A stretch of DNA of 64,000 nt from the human T2T-CHM13v2.0 reference genome, Homo sapiens. Of this stretch, positions 49,770 through 64,000 are shown piece after piece. A model generated the notes under the pieces. The model saw only the letters and a list, made by a program, of their open reading frames with translations, ran no database searches and had not been told where the DNA came from. The DNA lies in the NCBI RefSeq assembly GCF_009914755.1, contig NC_060930.1, one strand, 5' to 3'. A program made the translations under genes and the position numbers. The stretch's first letter is position 1. Each line of letters begins with the position of its first letter.

Positions 49770-52707
49770 TCAATTTTATGGTATTTTGTTGAAGATAGTT
49801 TGTGATTCATAAGGCATATCATTCTGTATATTTTTTGTGTTATTTGTCTGGCTTTGGGATGACAATAATGACCTCATAAAATAAACTAGATTATTTTATC
49901 TTATATTTTTTAGAATCGTTTGAAAGATTAGTGTTAGTTCTTCCTTAATCATTTGGTAGAATTCAACAGTAAAGCTAACTGGACCGGGACTTTGTGTGGG
50001 TGTATGTGGAGGAAGATTGTAATTAGTCATTACATCTGTTTTATTTTTGTAAGTCTAATGGGGTTTTCTATTTTTTAGTTAACTTTAGTAGTTTGTGTCT
50101 TTCCAGAAATTTGTCCGTTTATTTGAAGTTATCTAATTTATTAACAAGCAATTGTTCAGAATAATAACTTAATATCTCTTTATTTTTTTAAGGCTGGTGG
50201 TAATTGCAACTGTTTCATTTTTGATTTTACTAATTTACGTCTTTTTTTTTCTGGGTTTTCTAGATAAAGGTTTGTCAATTTTGTTGATCTTTTCAAAATA
50301 CTAACTTTTGGTATCATTGATTTTTCTCTATTGTTTTCGATTTCATTTATTTACAACCAATTATTTACTATTTCCTTCTTTTTGCTTGCCTTGGGTTTAG
50401 CTTCTTCCCTTTTTCTAGTTTATTCAGATACAAAATTAGGTTATTCATTTAAGATATTTATTCTTTTTTAATATAGATATTTACAGCTATATATTTCCAT
50501 CTAAGCATTACTTTGCATCCTGTAAGTGTATCTTGTGTTTTCGTCTTCATTAACATAAAAATATTTTTAAATTTCTTTTGTGATTTATTCTTTGATCCAT
50601 TTGTGATTTAGCATTATGTTAACTTTTACATATTGTGAATTTCCAAAAATTTTTTTGATCTCCAGTTTTATTCCACTGTGGCCAAAGAGCAAATTTTAAT
50701 GATTTTAGTCCTTTTTAATTGGTTGAGACTTGTTTTATGGCTTAATTTATGGTCTATGTTGTAGAATGTTCAACATTAAATGTTCAAGTCAAAGAGAATA
50801 TGTAGTCTTTTATTTTGAGGTGAAATATTCTATCAATGGCTCATAGGTCTAATTGTTTCTAGTGTCATTCATGTGTTCTGTTTCTCCATTGATCTTCTGT
50901 TTGGTTTTTCTATTTATTATTGAAAGTAGGGTATTGAATTCCCTAACACCTACTGATGAATAGCTTATCTTCCTTTCATTTCTGTCAGTTTTTTCTTCAT
51001 GCATTTTGGGCCACTGTTTTTAAATGCATATATGTTTTAAATTTTTATATTATTGAAGATTTGGTCCATTTATCTTCATAAAATATCCTTCTTTGCTTCT
51101 AGCAACAATTTTCGTCTTGAAGTCTATTTTATCTGGTTTTAAACCACTCCAGCTCTGTTTGCAAGGTATATCTTTTCCTTTCAACGTATCTGTGTCACTA
51201 AATCTAAAGTATGTCTCTTGTAGATAGCATAACGGGAGTGGTTTTCTTTTTAATCCATTTTGGCAATCTCTGCCTATTCATTAAAGGGTTTAATCCATTT
51301 ACATTTAATATAATTAACCAAGATTGTCTATACGTGTTCCATTCTGCTGTTTGCCTTCAATATGTCTTATATCTTGTTTCATTTCCATTCTTTTATGTTA
51401 AATAGATATTTTCCATTGAAGCATTTTATTTCCTCATCATTTATTTTGCTATATTTTTAGATTGTTTTAGTATTAGCTTGTTTACTATAATTAAGACTTT
51501 AATTTAAAACAACATAGTTTTTTTCTTTGCCAACACAAATTGACTTTTGTGTTCCTACAGTTAATTTTTTATTTCAGATATTGTACATTTCAACTACAGA
51601 ATTACCACATTTTAAAAATAATTTATATGTCTTTTTTGATATTCTATTTTTGGTAAGATGCCATTTTATTAGTTCTTTAGGAAATTTTTCCCTTAGCATT
51701 TGAAAATATTTAAAATATATGCTTTAAAATTATTTGTATAGTAAGTCCAAAGCTTGAGCCTTCTTAGGGACAGTTTCTACTTTCTTCTTTTGTATGAACC
51801 ATATTTTTTTGTTTCTTTGATATCTCATAAATTTTTGTTGAGACTGGACTTTCTACATAATATATAGCAACTTTGGTAATCATATCACTTTATTCTCAGG
51901 ATTTGTTTTTGTTGTTGGTTATTGTTGTTCTTTTTCTTATTGCTATTGGTTCTAACTTATGTAATACATATTTTTTTATTTGTATCCACTGAAGCTGACT
52001 TAATTGTCAGATGATTAGACAGAGAACTGTCCAGAATCAGCTTTTGCTGGGGGCTCTGTGTATATATTGAGGCACACCTTCAATTGTCAGGCATACATAC
52101 AGTTTACAATTCTACTTGGGTTTTCACTGTTTTTTTGCACAAGACCTCAAGGTCAACTACAGGTGAAAGCTTAGGGCTTCCTTGGGTCTTTTCCAGGAGT
52201 GTACACAGCCTTGTTCAAGTGCAATGCTGAACAAGTGATTATGGCCTTCTAGATTCTTAAGAATATTTTAGAGCTTTTTAAAGCCCCCTGTGAACATCTC
52301 ATCTCACTCTCCTTTTTCTTTTAAGCTTTTTGTTCAGTTCATTGCTTTTCCCAATTGTTATTACCTATGCTGGCAGCTGCAATATTAATTTAATTGCTGT
52401 TGGTTTTTTCCAACAAACACCCCCAGGAACAAAAGACTGTTTCCACAGAGTGAGCTATAAGTCAGTTCAAATAAAGACAAATCTTATGAGTGTGGCTTTC
52501 CAAAGAAATACCTGACAGTCAAATAATAACACATATATAGGAACTGGGATTTGTAGAAGGTCTAGCCCATTTCTGTCCCATCATGAGGCTGTTTGGCTGC
52601 TGGTTTTCACTATGTCTGAGGACTACTAATTTTCAAGCCTACTATGAGACTTGGGAGAAAATATGGGACTATGGCTGATAAAAATACAGCAAAGTTCACT
52701 ATTCTTA
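49770..52707 (-). mobile_element. Ancient L1M, antisense; resumes at ~55400-55560
   Basis: ggtagaattcaacagtaaagc, aaaggtttgtcaattttgttgatcttttcaaaa, atgtctcttgtagatagcat. Confidence 0.75.
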
Positions 52708-52720
52708 AGAAAATATAAAT

Positions 52721-55390
<2,670 letters not shown>

Positions 55391-56159
55391 AAATATAAAT
55401 ATTTTTATGAAGAAACATTTTCTGGAATTTTGCAAGCCTTTAGTTCATCTCCAGAATTTTGAAAAAGTTGATTTTGATCATTATTGCTGGTGTGCTTGTT
55501 GGTTTTTAAGCTAAGAGAATTTTTGGACTTTCTACAATGTGTATCATTGCTGTTAATAAATAAGTATATAAAATAATGACCAGGAAAATCTATAGTATTC
55601 TTATATAATAATAGAATGTTTCGAACTTTTCTAAAGTATTTGAATCAACGTTTTAAAGTATAGAATCTTTAAGTCCAGAAAAAAAGAAAGCCAAGGACTA
55701 ACTAGTTTATTTATATTTAGAGCTCTACGTTAGATATAACCCAACGGTGATTGGCACATATCATTTGCCCACCTCCATGCTCATGCCTAGGGACCAAAGT
55801 TTTTATCTTCTTGTGGGTATTGATGTGGAGAGCAGGCCAATGCTGGAAAGGAAGATGTCAGTTAATCCCAACTCCCCATTCCTGGTATTCCACCATCCTA
55901 AAGTTCCAAAGCTAAATGATGAAAGCAGCACCAGTTTTCACAAAGGAAAACCTATAATCCTCCCTGGCACTCCAGAATGAGTAGCTGCATGGTTCCATTC
56001 TGTCAGTTTATTGCGTTTGAAATGATGTTACTTTGCAGTTGAGTTAATTCACTTTTTTCATAGATGTGCGATATACTCTAGTGTACCACAATGACTAATG
56101 TGTGTATGTGTGTACGTTTCTTCATCTGTCCTTATGGATGGATGTATTTAGATTGAGCA

Positions 56160-56700
56160 TTTCTAACTTTTTTATTATGAAAAAATTCTCATAGAGAAAA
56201 GCTGAAAAATATTACAATGAATATCCATACATAAACACATTGGATCAAAACTTGTTAAGATTTTAACAGATTTGTTTTCTAATATATATGTTTGTTTATC
56301 TAAACAATTTGAAATTCAGTTACAGACATTGCAACCATTCATCTCTAAATGTTTCAGCATTTGTCTTCAAATACACCTTTCTCCTGCATTACTGCAATAT
56401 CATTAATACACATACAAAAACTAATAACAATTCCCTACTAGTACTCTAATGCCTATTTTATATTTAACTTTCCCAAATTGTTATAAAAATATATTTTAAT
56501 AACTTTTATCAAACTGGATTTAATTCTACATTTATGATTTTTTCACCTCATGCAGTGTGAAATCTTTCTATCTTTCTGTGTTTCCATGATAGTGACTTTT
56601 TATGGAGAGTAAGCCAGTTTTCTTAAAGAAAAGCTTACATTTTTGATTCATATAGATATCTTCTCATGCTGTCATTTAAGGTATACACAGAAGTGTCTTC
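56160..56700 (-). mobile_element. L1MC/ME 3' fragment
   Basis: ttattatgaaaaaattc...tacaatgaatatccatac...agttacagacatt...ctctaaatgtttcagcat. Confidence 0.6.
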
Positions 56701-57329
56701 ATTTCCTCCCACCCCCCTTCAGCCCTATTTTCCTAATAAGTAATCATCATTCTTAGCTTAGGATTTATATTTCTCATGTTTTGTTTTGAAAATATCAGAG
56801 TACATACACACACACGTGTACACACATGCACACACACAAACACTCTGCAAGTCTTGTGTATACAAAATGTGGTCTCTCCTTGAAATTAAGAAACAACAAA
56901 CACCCTTGTGTATTTACAGTTTAGAAAGGGTCATTGCCCCATGGGCTTCAAAAAACATCCTGGGAGCAACTCAGAACAATAGCTGTAGGTTGCAGGGGTT
57001 GGGATCATGGCCCACACTACGCTCAGATCAGAATATCTCAGGGAGCAAGACCTTCAATACTCCCACAATACTAGGGAGTATTGGAAAGCTTGGGCCATGA
57101 AGATTATACTTAGCAAGTAAGAGTAATAATACCGAAGCATACCTAAGTTAATTCTCAAACTACACTGTGAGTTAAGCAGTTTTTCCTCCAGTTACTGACA
57201 CATAAGTTTAGAAAGAAAAAAACATGTCAGCACTTGCAAAAGACATTATCCTGTATCTACAAAATTCAAGATACTCTGCAAACTATTAGAATTAATAAGT
57301 CAATTTAATACGTTTGTTGCATATTTCAT

Positions 57330-59644
57330 TGATATGGTTTAGCTGTGTCCCCACCCAAATCTCATCTCGAATCATAGTTCTCATAATCTCCAAGTGTCGT
57401 GGGAGAGACCTGATGGGAGGTAATTGAATCATGGGGATGGTTACCCTCATGCTGTTCTTGTAATAGTGAGTGAGTACTCATGAGATCTGATGGGGTTTTA
57501 CCCCTTTGCTTAGCACTTCTCTCCCCTGCCACCATGTGAAGAAGGCCATGTTTGCTTTCTTTTCTGCCATGATTATAAGTTTCCTGAGATCTCCCCAGCC
57601 ATGCTGAAGTGTGAGTCAATTAAACCTCTTTCCTTTATAAATTATCCAGTCTTGGGCAGTTCTTTATAGCAGCATGAGAATGGACGAATACAGTAAATTG
57701 GTACTACAGACAGTGGGGCATTGCTGTAAAGATACCCGAAATGTAGAAGTGACTTTGGAACTGGGTAACAGGCAGAGTTTGGAACAGTTTAGAGGGCTCA
57801 AAAGAAAACAGGAACATGTGGGGAAGTTTGGAACTTCCTAGAGACTTGGAGGCCTCAGAAGACAGGAAGATGTGAGAAAGCTTGAAACTTCCTAGAGACT
57901 TGTTGAGTGGCTTTGACCAAAACACTGATAGTGATATGACAATGAAGTTCAGGCTGAGGTAGTCTTGGATGGAGATGAAGAGCTTGTTGAGAACTGGAGT
58001 AAGAGTGAATCTTGCTATGCAAAGAAACGGGTGGCATTTTGCCCCTGCCTTAGAGATCTGTGGAACTTCGAACTTGAGAGAGATGATTTAATGTATCTGG
58101 CAGAAGAAATTTCTAAGCAGCAAAACATTCAAGAGGAAGCAGAGCATAAAAGTTTGAAAATTTTGCAGCCTGACGATGCCATAAAAAAGAAAAACCCAAT
58201 TTTTCTGGGGAGAAATCCAAGCCCACTACAGAAATCCGCATTAGTAATGAGGAGCCTAATGTTAATCACCAAGAAAATGGGGAAAATGTCTCCAGGGCAC
58301 ATCAGAGACCTTCACGGAGCCACTCCCATCACAGGCCCAGGGGCCTATGAGGGAAAAATTGTATTATTGGCTGGGCCTAGGACCCTGCTGCTCTATGCAG
58401 CCTCAGGACATGGTGCCCTGTGTCCCACCTGCTTCAGCTCCAGCTGTGGCAAAAAGGGGACAATGTACAGCTCATGCCATTGCTTCAGAGGTTGCAATCC
58501 CTGTGCCTTGGCAGTTTACACGTGGTGTTGAGCCTGCAGGTGCACAGAAGTCAAGAATTGAGATTTGGGAACCTCTACCGAGATTTCAGAGGATTTATGG
58601 AAACACCTGGATTTCCAGGCAGAAGTTTGCTACAGGGTGGAGTCCTTAGGGAAAACCTCTGCTAGGGCAGTGCAGAAGGAAAATGTTGGGTTGGAGACCC
58701 CACACAGAGCCTTCACTGAGGCACTGCCTAGTGGAGCTGTGGGAAGAGGGCCACTGTCCTCCAGACCCTGGATGGTAGATCAACTGACAGCTTGCACTGT
58801 GCTCCTGGAAAAGCTGCAGGCACTCAATGCCAGCCCAAGAAAGCAGCTGGGAGGGGGTCTGTACCCTGCAAAGCCACAGAGGCAGAGCCACCCAAAACCA
58901 TGGGAGTCCACCTCTTGCATCAGCATGCCCTGTATGTGAAACATGAAGTCATTCTGGAATTTTAAGCTTTAATAACTGCCCTATTGGATTTTGGACTTGC
59001 ATGGGGCCTGTAGCCCCTACGTTTTGGCCAATTTCTCCCATTTGGAATGGCTGTATTTACCCAATGGCTGTACTCCCACTGTATCAAGGAAGTAACTGAC
59101 TTGATTTTGATTTTATAGGCTAATAGGTAGAAGAGACTTCCTTGTATCAGATGAGACGTTGGACTTGAACTTTTGACTTAATGCTGGAATGAGTTAAGAT
59201 TTTGGGGGACTGTTAGAAGGGCATGATTTTGTATTGAAATGTGAGAACATGAGATTTGGGAGAAGCTGGAGCATAATGATATGGATTGCCTGTGTCCCCA
59301 CCCAAATCTCATCTTGAATTGTAGTTCCCATAATCCCCATGTGTTGTGGGAGGGACCCAGTGGGAGGTAATTGAATCATGGGGGCTGTTACCCTCATGCT
59401 GTTCTTGTGATACTGAGTGAGCTCTCATGAGATCTGATCGTTTTATAAGAAGCTTTTCCTCCTTTGCTCAGCACTTCTCCTATTGCCATGTGAAGAAGGA
59501 TGTGTTTGCTTCTTCTTCTGCCATGATTTTAAGTTTCCTGAGGCCTCCCCAGCCATAAGGAACTGTTAATCATTTAAACCTTTTTCTTATAAATTACCTA
59601 GTCTCAAGCACTTCTTTATAGCAGTATGAGAATGGACTAATACA
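57330..59644 (+). mobile_element. Complete THE1 (C/D-like) MaLR element: LTR 57330-57692, internal 57693-59276, LTR 59277-59644
   Basis: Two direct LTRs (tgatatgg...aataca). The internal part starts gtaaattggtac. TSD ttcat/atcat. Confidence 0.95.
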
Positions 59645-59649
59645 ATCAT

Positions 59650-60260
59650 CAATATATAGATCTCAATTATACTTCTGGAAAGCATCAAGAGTCAATAAAA
59701 CCTTAAGTATGAAAGGATTTATTAAAGCATTAAAATATATTACATTTAGAAAAAACTAATGAAATATTTTCAAGATCTTTATGCACAAAGTAAAAATATT
59801 GTTGTGAAATATTATTGAGACTAAAGTAGAATAAATGGAAAGATGTTCTATGTTTATAAATACTATAAAATTCAATATTGGGAACCTATTTCTTCTTCTC
59901 AGCTTAATCTATAGTTTATTTGTGAGACTCAGTTAAAATTTTAATATGGTTTTTTAAAACAAAAGTTGATGAGCTGATTCTAAAATTATATGGAAATTAA
60001 AGGTGAGAAAACCAATGTGGATTGCAATGGATGTATTTGACAAAAAAACTAATATCCAAAACATATAACGAACTCTTCCAATCATCAAAGAAAAGACAGA
60101 CAATAATAGGCAAAAGAGTGGATCCAAATGGCCAATAAACATTTGAATAAGTGCTGAACATCACATGTCAACAGAACATGTAAGTTAAAATCAGAATGTA
60201 CTCTTTACTCAATAGGATGGCTAAGGTGAAAAAGATCAAATGTATCAGGTGTTCAAAACA
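59650..60260 (+). mobile_element. L1ME fragment (continues from ~57200-57329)
   Basis: ataaatggaaagatgttctatgttt, agctgattctaaaattatatggaa, aaatggccaataaacat. Confidence 0.6.
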
Positions 60261-62129
60261 ATTTAGTTATCATCGTCATCTTCAAGTAGACTATTAGACT
60301 GACCAAAATGCCAGGGGCTCGCTTTCTTTAGAGTGAAGGGAGGTTAGGAAACAATGGATTTTGGAAGATCTGGTGGCTTCTAGGACTCTCTTTGGACCAT
60401 ATGATCTAAATATTTTACTATTTTAACATATACATATTGAAAATCTCTTACAAGCAAGGCATCATATGCCAAAAATGATCAAAGATATATTTGTCATTAT
60501 CCCTGTCTTCAAAACATTGCAAATTAAGAAAAGAATTGTATAAGCCAGATAAAGCTGCAGCATCTAAACCTATACATTTATTAGAGGACTAGAGAATTGT
60601 TTAAGCTCTGAAGAACCAATTATTATCTCTAAACTAAGAAATGAAAGTACCACCAACCACGATGGGGATGTTAAGTTTTTACCAAACTTAGTAATATATC
60701 AATTTCATTAGTGGATAAATTATGATATTCAAAAAAATTGTATTATAAATGAAGATAATCAGTTCGTTTAATTCCTTAAATTTCAAGAATTTTCAAGTAT
60801 GTACAAATAGTGCTGAGGAAACACAGCCAGTTTAAAATTTCAAATATTTAAAAGATGAATTATAAAATATAATAACGATTTTAGAGAAAAATTGTTAGGT
60901 ATTGCCCATGAATATGTTCAATATAATATATGTTAAGATTCCCAAATATGAAAAGGCCTATAATATCTGAGGTCTAAAAATAGTCTTGTCAAGCAAAAAT
61001 CTTGAACCATTAATTGTGTTCTTATAAAAAAAATGAGAGATTGTAGTAAATATTCTTATTCATGCTCTTAATAGAAATTTACTTAAAAATGGATTAAATA
61101 AGCATAATTTTTAAATGTTCTAAAAACTTTTTGTACTTTCAAAAATGCTTATATCTTTGTGGTTTTCTTTCCTCTTTTCTGGCACATTTTGTGTTAGACA
61201 GTTAATTATTGTGAGTGTTTCAGAATCGTTTATTAATAAAATATGACATTTCCCTGGCCTGAAAAGTCCCATTAGTGCTTTGCTATAAAAGCCCCATAAA
61301 TGGAGTTCTAAGTAGTTTATCAGTTTCCTGTTCTCTTTTTGAATGAGAGCCTGAGTCGTTAAAAACAGTAAGCACTAAAATGATTTATTTTTGTCTAAAT
61401 AGAGATTACTTAATTTAATTAAATATGCTTTATGCTTCTCGATTGCCACAAAGTGGTTCCTGCAAACTTCTAACTCATTATTTAATGTACCCACAGCCTC
61501 GGTGGAATACTAAGAGTACACAGGTTTTAGACCTTTTAGCTCCATTTTGTAAACAGCTTTAAAAATTCAAGAACTCTCCGGAAATTCTATGTAAGCCCGT
61601 GAAAGTTTCATAGCACCTGATCATTTTTTTACCAAAGTTACTGTACTTTCTTTTGTCCTCATGTAGTTGGAATTTTTTGTACATGTATTTACAACATAGA
61701 GACTAAGAATTATCACCACAAACATTAAGGATTGCATTTAAAACTTCTCATGATTTATTTAACTCACCCTGATTCCTTTCATCTCTGTACACACAGATAA
61801 TTTTCTTATTTGAGAGCTTCATTTTCTGAGTCTGAAATTTAAAAATGTAACAGTTTCACAATTTAAAATAAAGCTTGCTTGATTCTGCTGAGAAAGAGCA
61901 AAGAAGAAAAGAAAGTGAACTCTGCAGTTTTCAAATCATGATTATACTGCTTCTCACTGAATTTCTTATATTATAAAATCACACCAGCATTCATGAAAAT
62001 TACTTTTTTCATTGAACATAAACATAAGTCGATGGCATTATTTTCTTGCTAACTTTCAGACTGCAGTACTTTGAAACTAAAGCAGGCATCAGCATTGTTC
62101 ATAGAAGCCAAGGAGATAGTAGCACCTGT

Positions 62130-63512
62130 GCGTATGTGTAGTATTCAAGGACCCTGAAGTCAGGCTGAGTTTGCAAACCAATTTTACTACCACTGGCTAT
62201 AAGGGAGGCCATATTTCCTCTCTGAGTCTCAATTTCTTCTCTGTAAAATGACAATTATAAGAGTACGTGTGTCATTTATTGCCAGGAATAAATGAGTGAA
62301 TACAGTCATGCCCTGCGTAACAATATTTCAGTCCATGATGAACGGCATATCCTATAGTGGTCCCACAAGATTAAAATGGAGCTAAAATTTTGTATTGTCT
62401 AGTGACATTGTAGTCATCTTAATGTCATAGCACAATGCATTACTCATGTGTTTGTGGTGATGTTGGTGTAAACAAGTCTACTGCCTTGCCAAGTCCTATA
62501 AAACTATTATGCAAGTAGTACATTAACACTTGATAATGATAATAAACATCTTTGTTACTGGCTTAGGTATTTATTATACTTTTAATTGTTATTTAGAGTC
62601 TACTTATTAAAAAACAAGTTAACTGTCAGCTTCAGGCAGGTCTTTCAGAAAGTATCCACAGGAAGCCTTTGCGATCATAGGAGATGACAGCTCTATGCAT
62701 GTCATTGCCCCTGAAGACCTCCCAGTGGGACAAGATGTGGACGTGGAAGACGTGATATGGATGATCCTGACCCTGTGTAGGCCTAGGCTAATGTGTTTTT
62801 ATGTCTCAGTTTTTTACAAAATAGTTTAAAAAATTCAAAATAGAAAAAAAGCTTATAGAGTAGGGATATAAATAAAGAAAATATTTTTGTAAAGTTGTAC
62901 AGTGTGTTTGTGTTTTAAGCTAAGTGTTATTACAAGAGTCAAAAAGGCTAAAAAAGTAAAGTTATAAAACAAAAAAGTTACAGTGAGCTAAGGTTAATTT
63001 ATTATTGATGAATGAAAACATATAAATTTAGTGTAACCTAGGTGTACAGTGTTGATAAAGTCTACAGTAGTGGACAGTTATGTCCCAGGATGTCACATTC
63101 ACTCACCACTCACTGACTGACTCACCCAGAGCAACTTCCAGTCCTGCAAGCTTCATTCATGGTAAGTATCCTAGACACATGTACTATTTTCAAAAATCTT
63201 TTATACCATATTTTTATTGACCCTTTTCTATGTTTAGATACACAAGTACTTACCATTGTGTTGCAGATGCCTGCAGTACTCAGCACAGTAATGTGCTGTA
63301 CAGGTTTGTTGCCTGGAGCAGCAGGCTGTACCATAGAGCCTAGGTGTGTGGTGGGCTGTCCAGTCTAGGTGTGTGGAAGTGCACCCCATGATGTTCCACG
63401 GTGCATTCCTCAGAATCTGTCTCCATCATTAAGTGATGCATGGCTGCACATGCAGATTGTGTCGCACAGCATCTGTCACTTACTGAGCACTCAGCAAATG
63501 TTAACTTGTATC
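62130..63512 (+). mobile_element. MIR split by the Tigger insertion
   Basis: ctctctgagtctcaatttcttctctgtaaaatg...aataaatgagtgaata before the insertion; gagcactcagcaaatgtta after it. Confidence 0.7.
62303..63446 (+). mobile_element. Tigger3/MER7 non-autonomous DNA transposon
   Basis: TIRs cagtcatgccctgcgtaac / ttaagtgatgcatggctg. TA target on the left, CA on the right. Orientation is tentative. Confidence 0.88.
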
Positions 63513-63519
63513 AGCTACA

Positions 63520-63725
63520 GTGGGTTTAGCACCACTTTAATGCTAGACTTTTACACTTTATGTACAATCTATCCAATCTTCACAATCTTGCAGAGTAGAT
63601 ATATGTTGTCATTTACAGATGATGAACCCTGGCAACAGAATGATTTGCCCATGGCCTTAGAAGAGATGAATGTCAGAACCAAAGGTCAATCCAGCTCTAG
63701 ACCACCAACCCCAACATTTTCTAAC
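63520..63725 (-). mobile_element. MIR fragment
   Basis: aatcttcacaatcttgcag...tttacagatgatgaaccc...tgatttgcccatggcc. Confidence 0.65.
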
Positions 63726-63847
63726 CTAATGTCTCCCGTCCAGAAGAGACAAATCTGAAAAACAAATCAAAATCCAAAAATAAAAGTCTTGCTTTGGACA
63801 CTCCCAATACCTCAAAAACCTGAAACATCACATCTTTTGTAGGTAAG

Positions 63848-63986
63848 CGACATGGTTTGGCTGTGTCCCCACCCAAATCTCACCTTGATTTGTAGCTCCC
63901 ATAATTTTCACGTGTTGTGGGAGGGACCCGGTGGGAGATAATTGAATCATGGGGGCAATTTCCCTCATGCTGTTCTTGTGGTCGTG
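63848..63986 (+). mobile_element. THE1 LTR 5' part at the window edge
   Basis: catggtttggctgtgtccccacccaaatctcaccttg...ataattgaatcatgggggc. Confidence 0.88.
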
Positions 63987-64000
63987 TGCACAAACTGAAG

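Noticed and set aside
57792-57902. ~55-bp tandem duplication in the THE1 internal region
   Set aside because: As I recall, this is a feature of this THE1-int subfamily rather than locus-specific. Dfam alignment would confirm it.
57965-58939. Overlapping ORFs of 81-188 aa
   Set aside because: These are frameshifted remnants of the THE1 internal ORF, not a host gene.

Overview
This is eukaryotic, primate (probably great-ape or human) non-coding DNA. It is AT-rich, and by eye well over half of it is interspersed repeat. I found no host protein-coding exon, rRNA, tRNA or CRISPR array. The main elements are: (1) a full-length ~6.17 kb L1PA element on the minus strand (32355-38524), with ORF1 and ORF2 inactivated but an open, extended antisense ORF0 and the 129-bp ZNF93-binding segment retained; (2) a 5'-inverted L1PA (52721-55390) missing ~2.26 kb between its two arms; (3) a complete THE1 MaLR provirus (57330-59644); (4) solo LTRs (MSTA, THE1, MLT1, LTR1-type, MER4-group), Alus, a Tigger3/MER7 DNA transposon and many old L1M, L2 and MIR fragments. 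Most ORFs in the track are repeat-derived or chance. I did not find a novel multi-gene system. The best leads are structural and regulatory oddities of the retroelements and a few unexplained local duplications. Subfamily names come from my recall of consensus sequences and need RepeatMasker/Dfam confirmation. Boundaries of the old elements are approximate.
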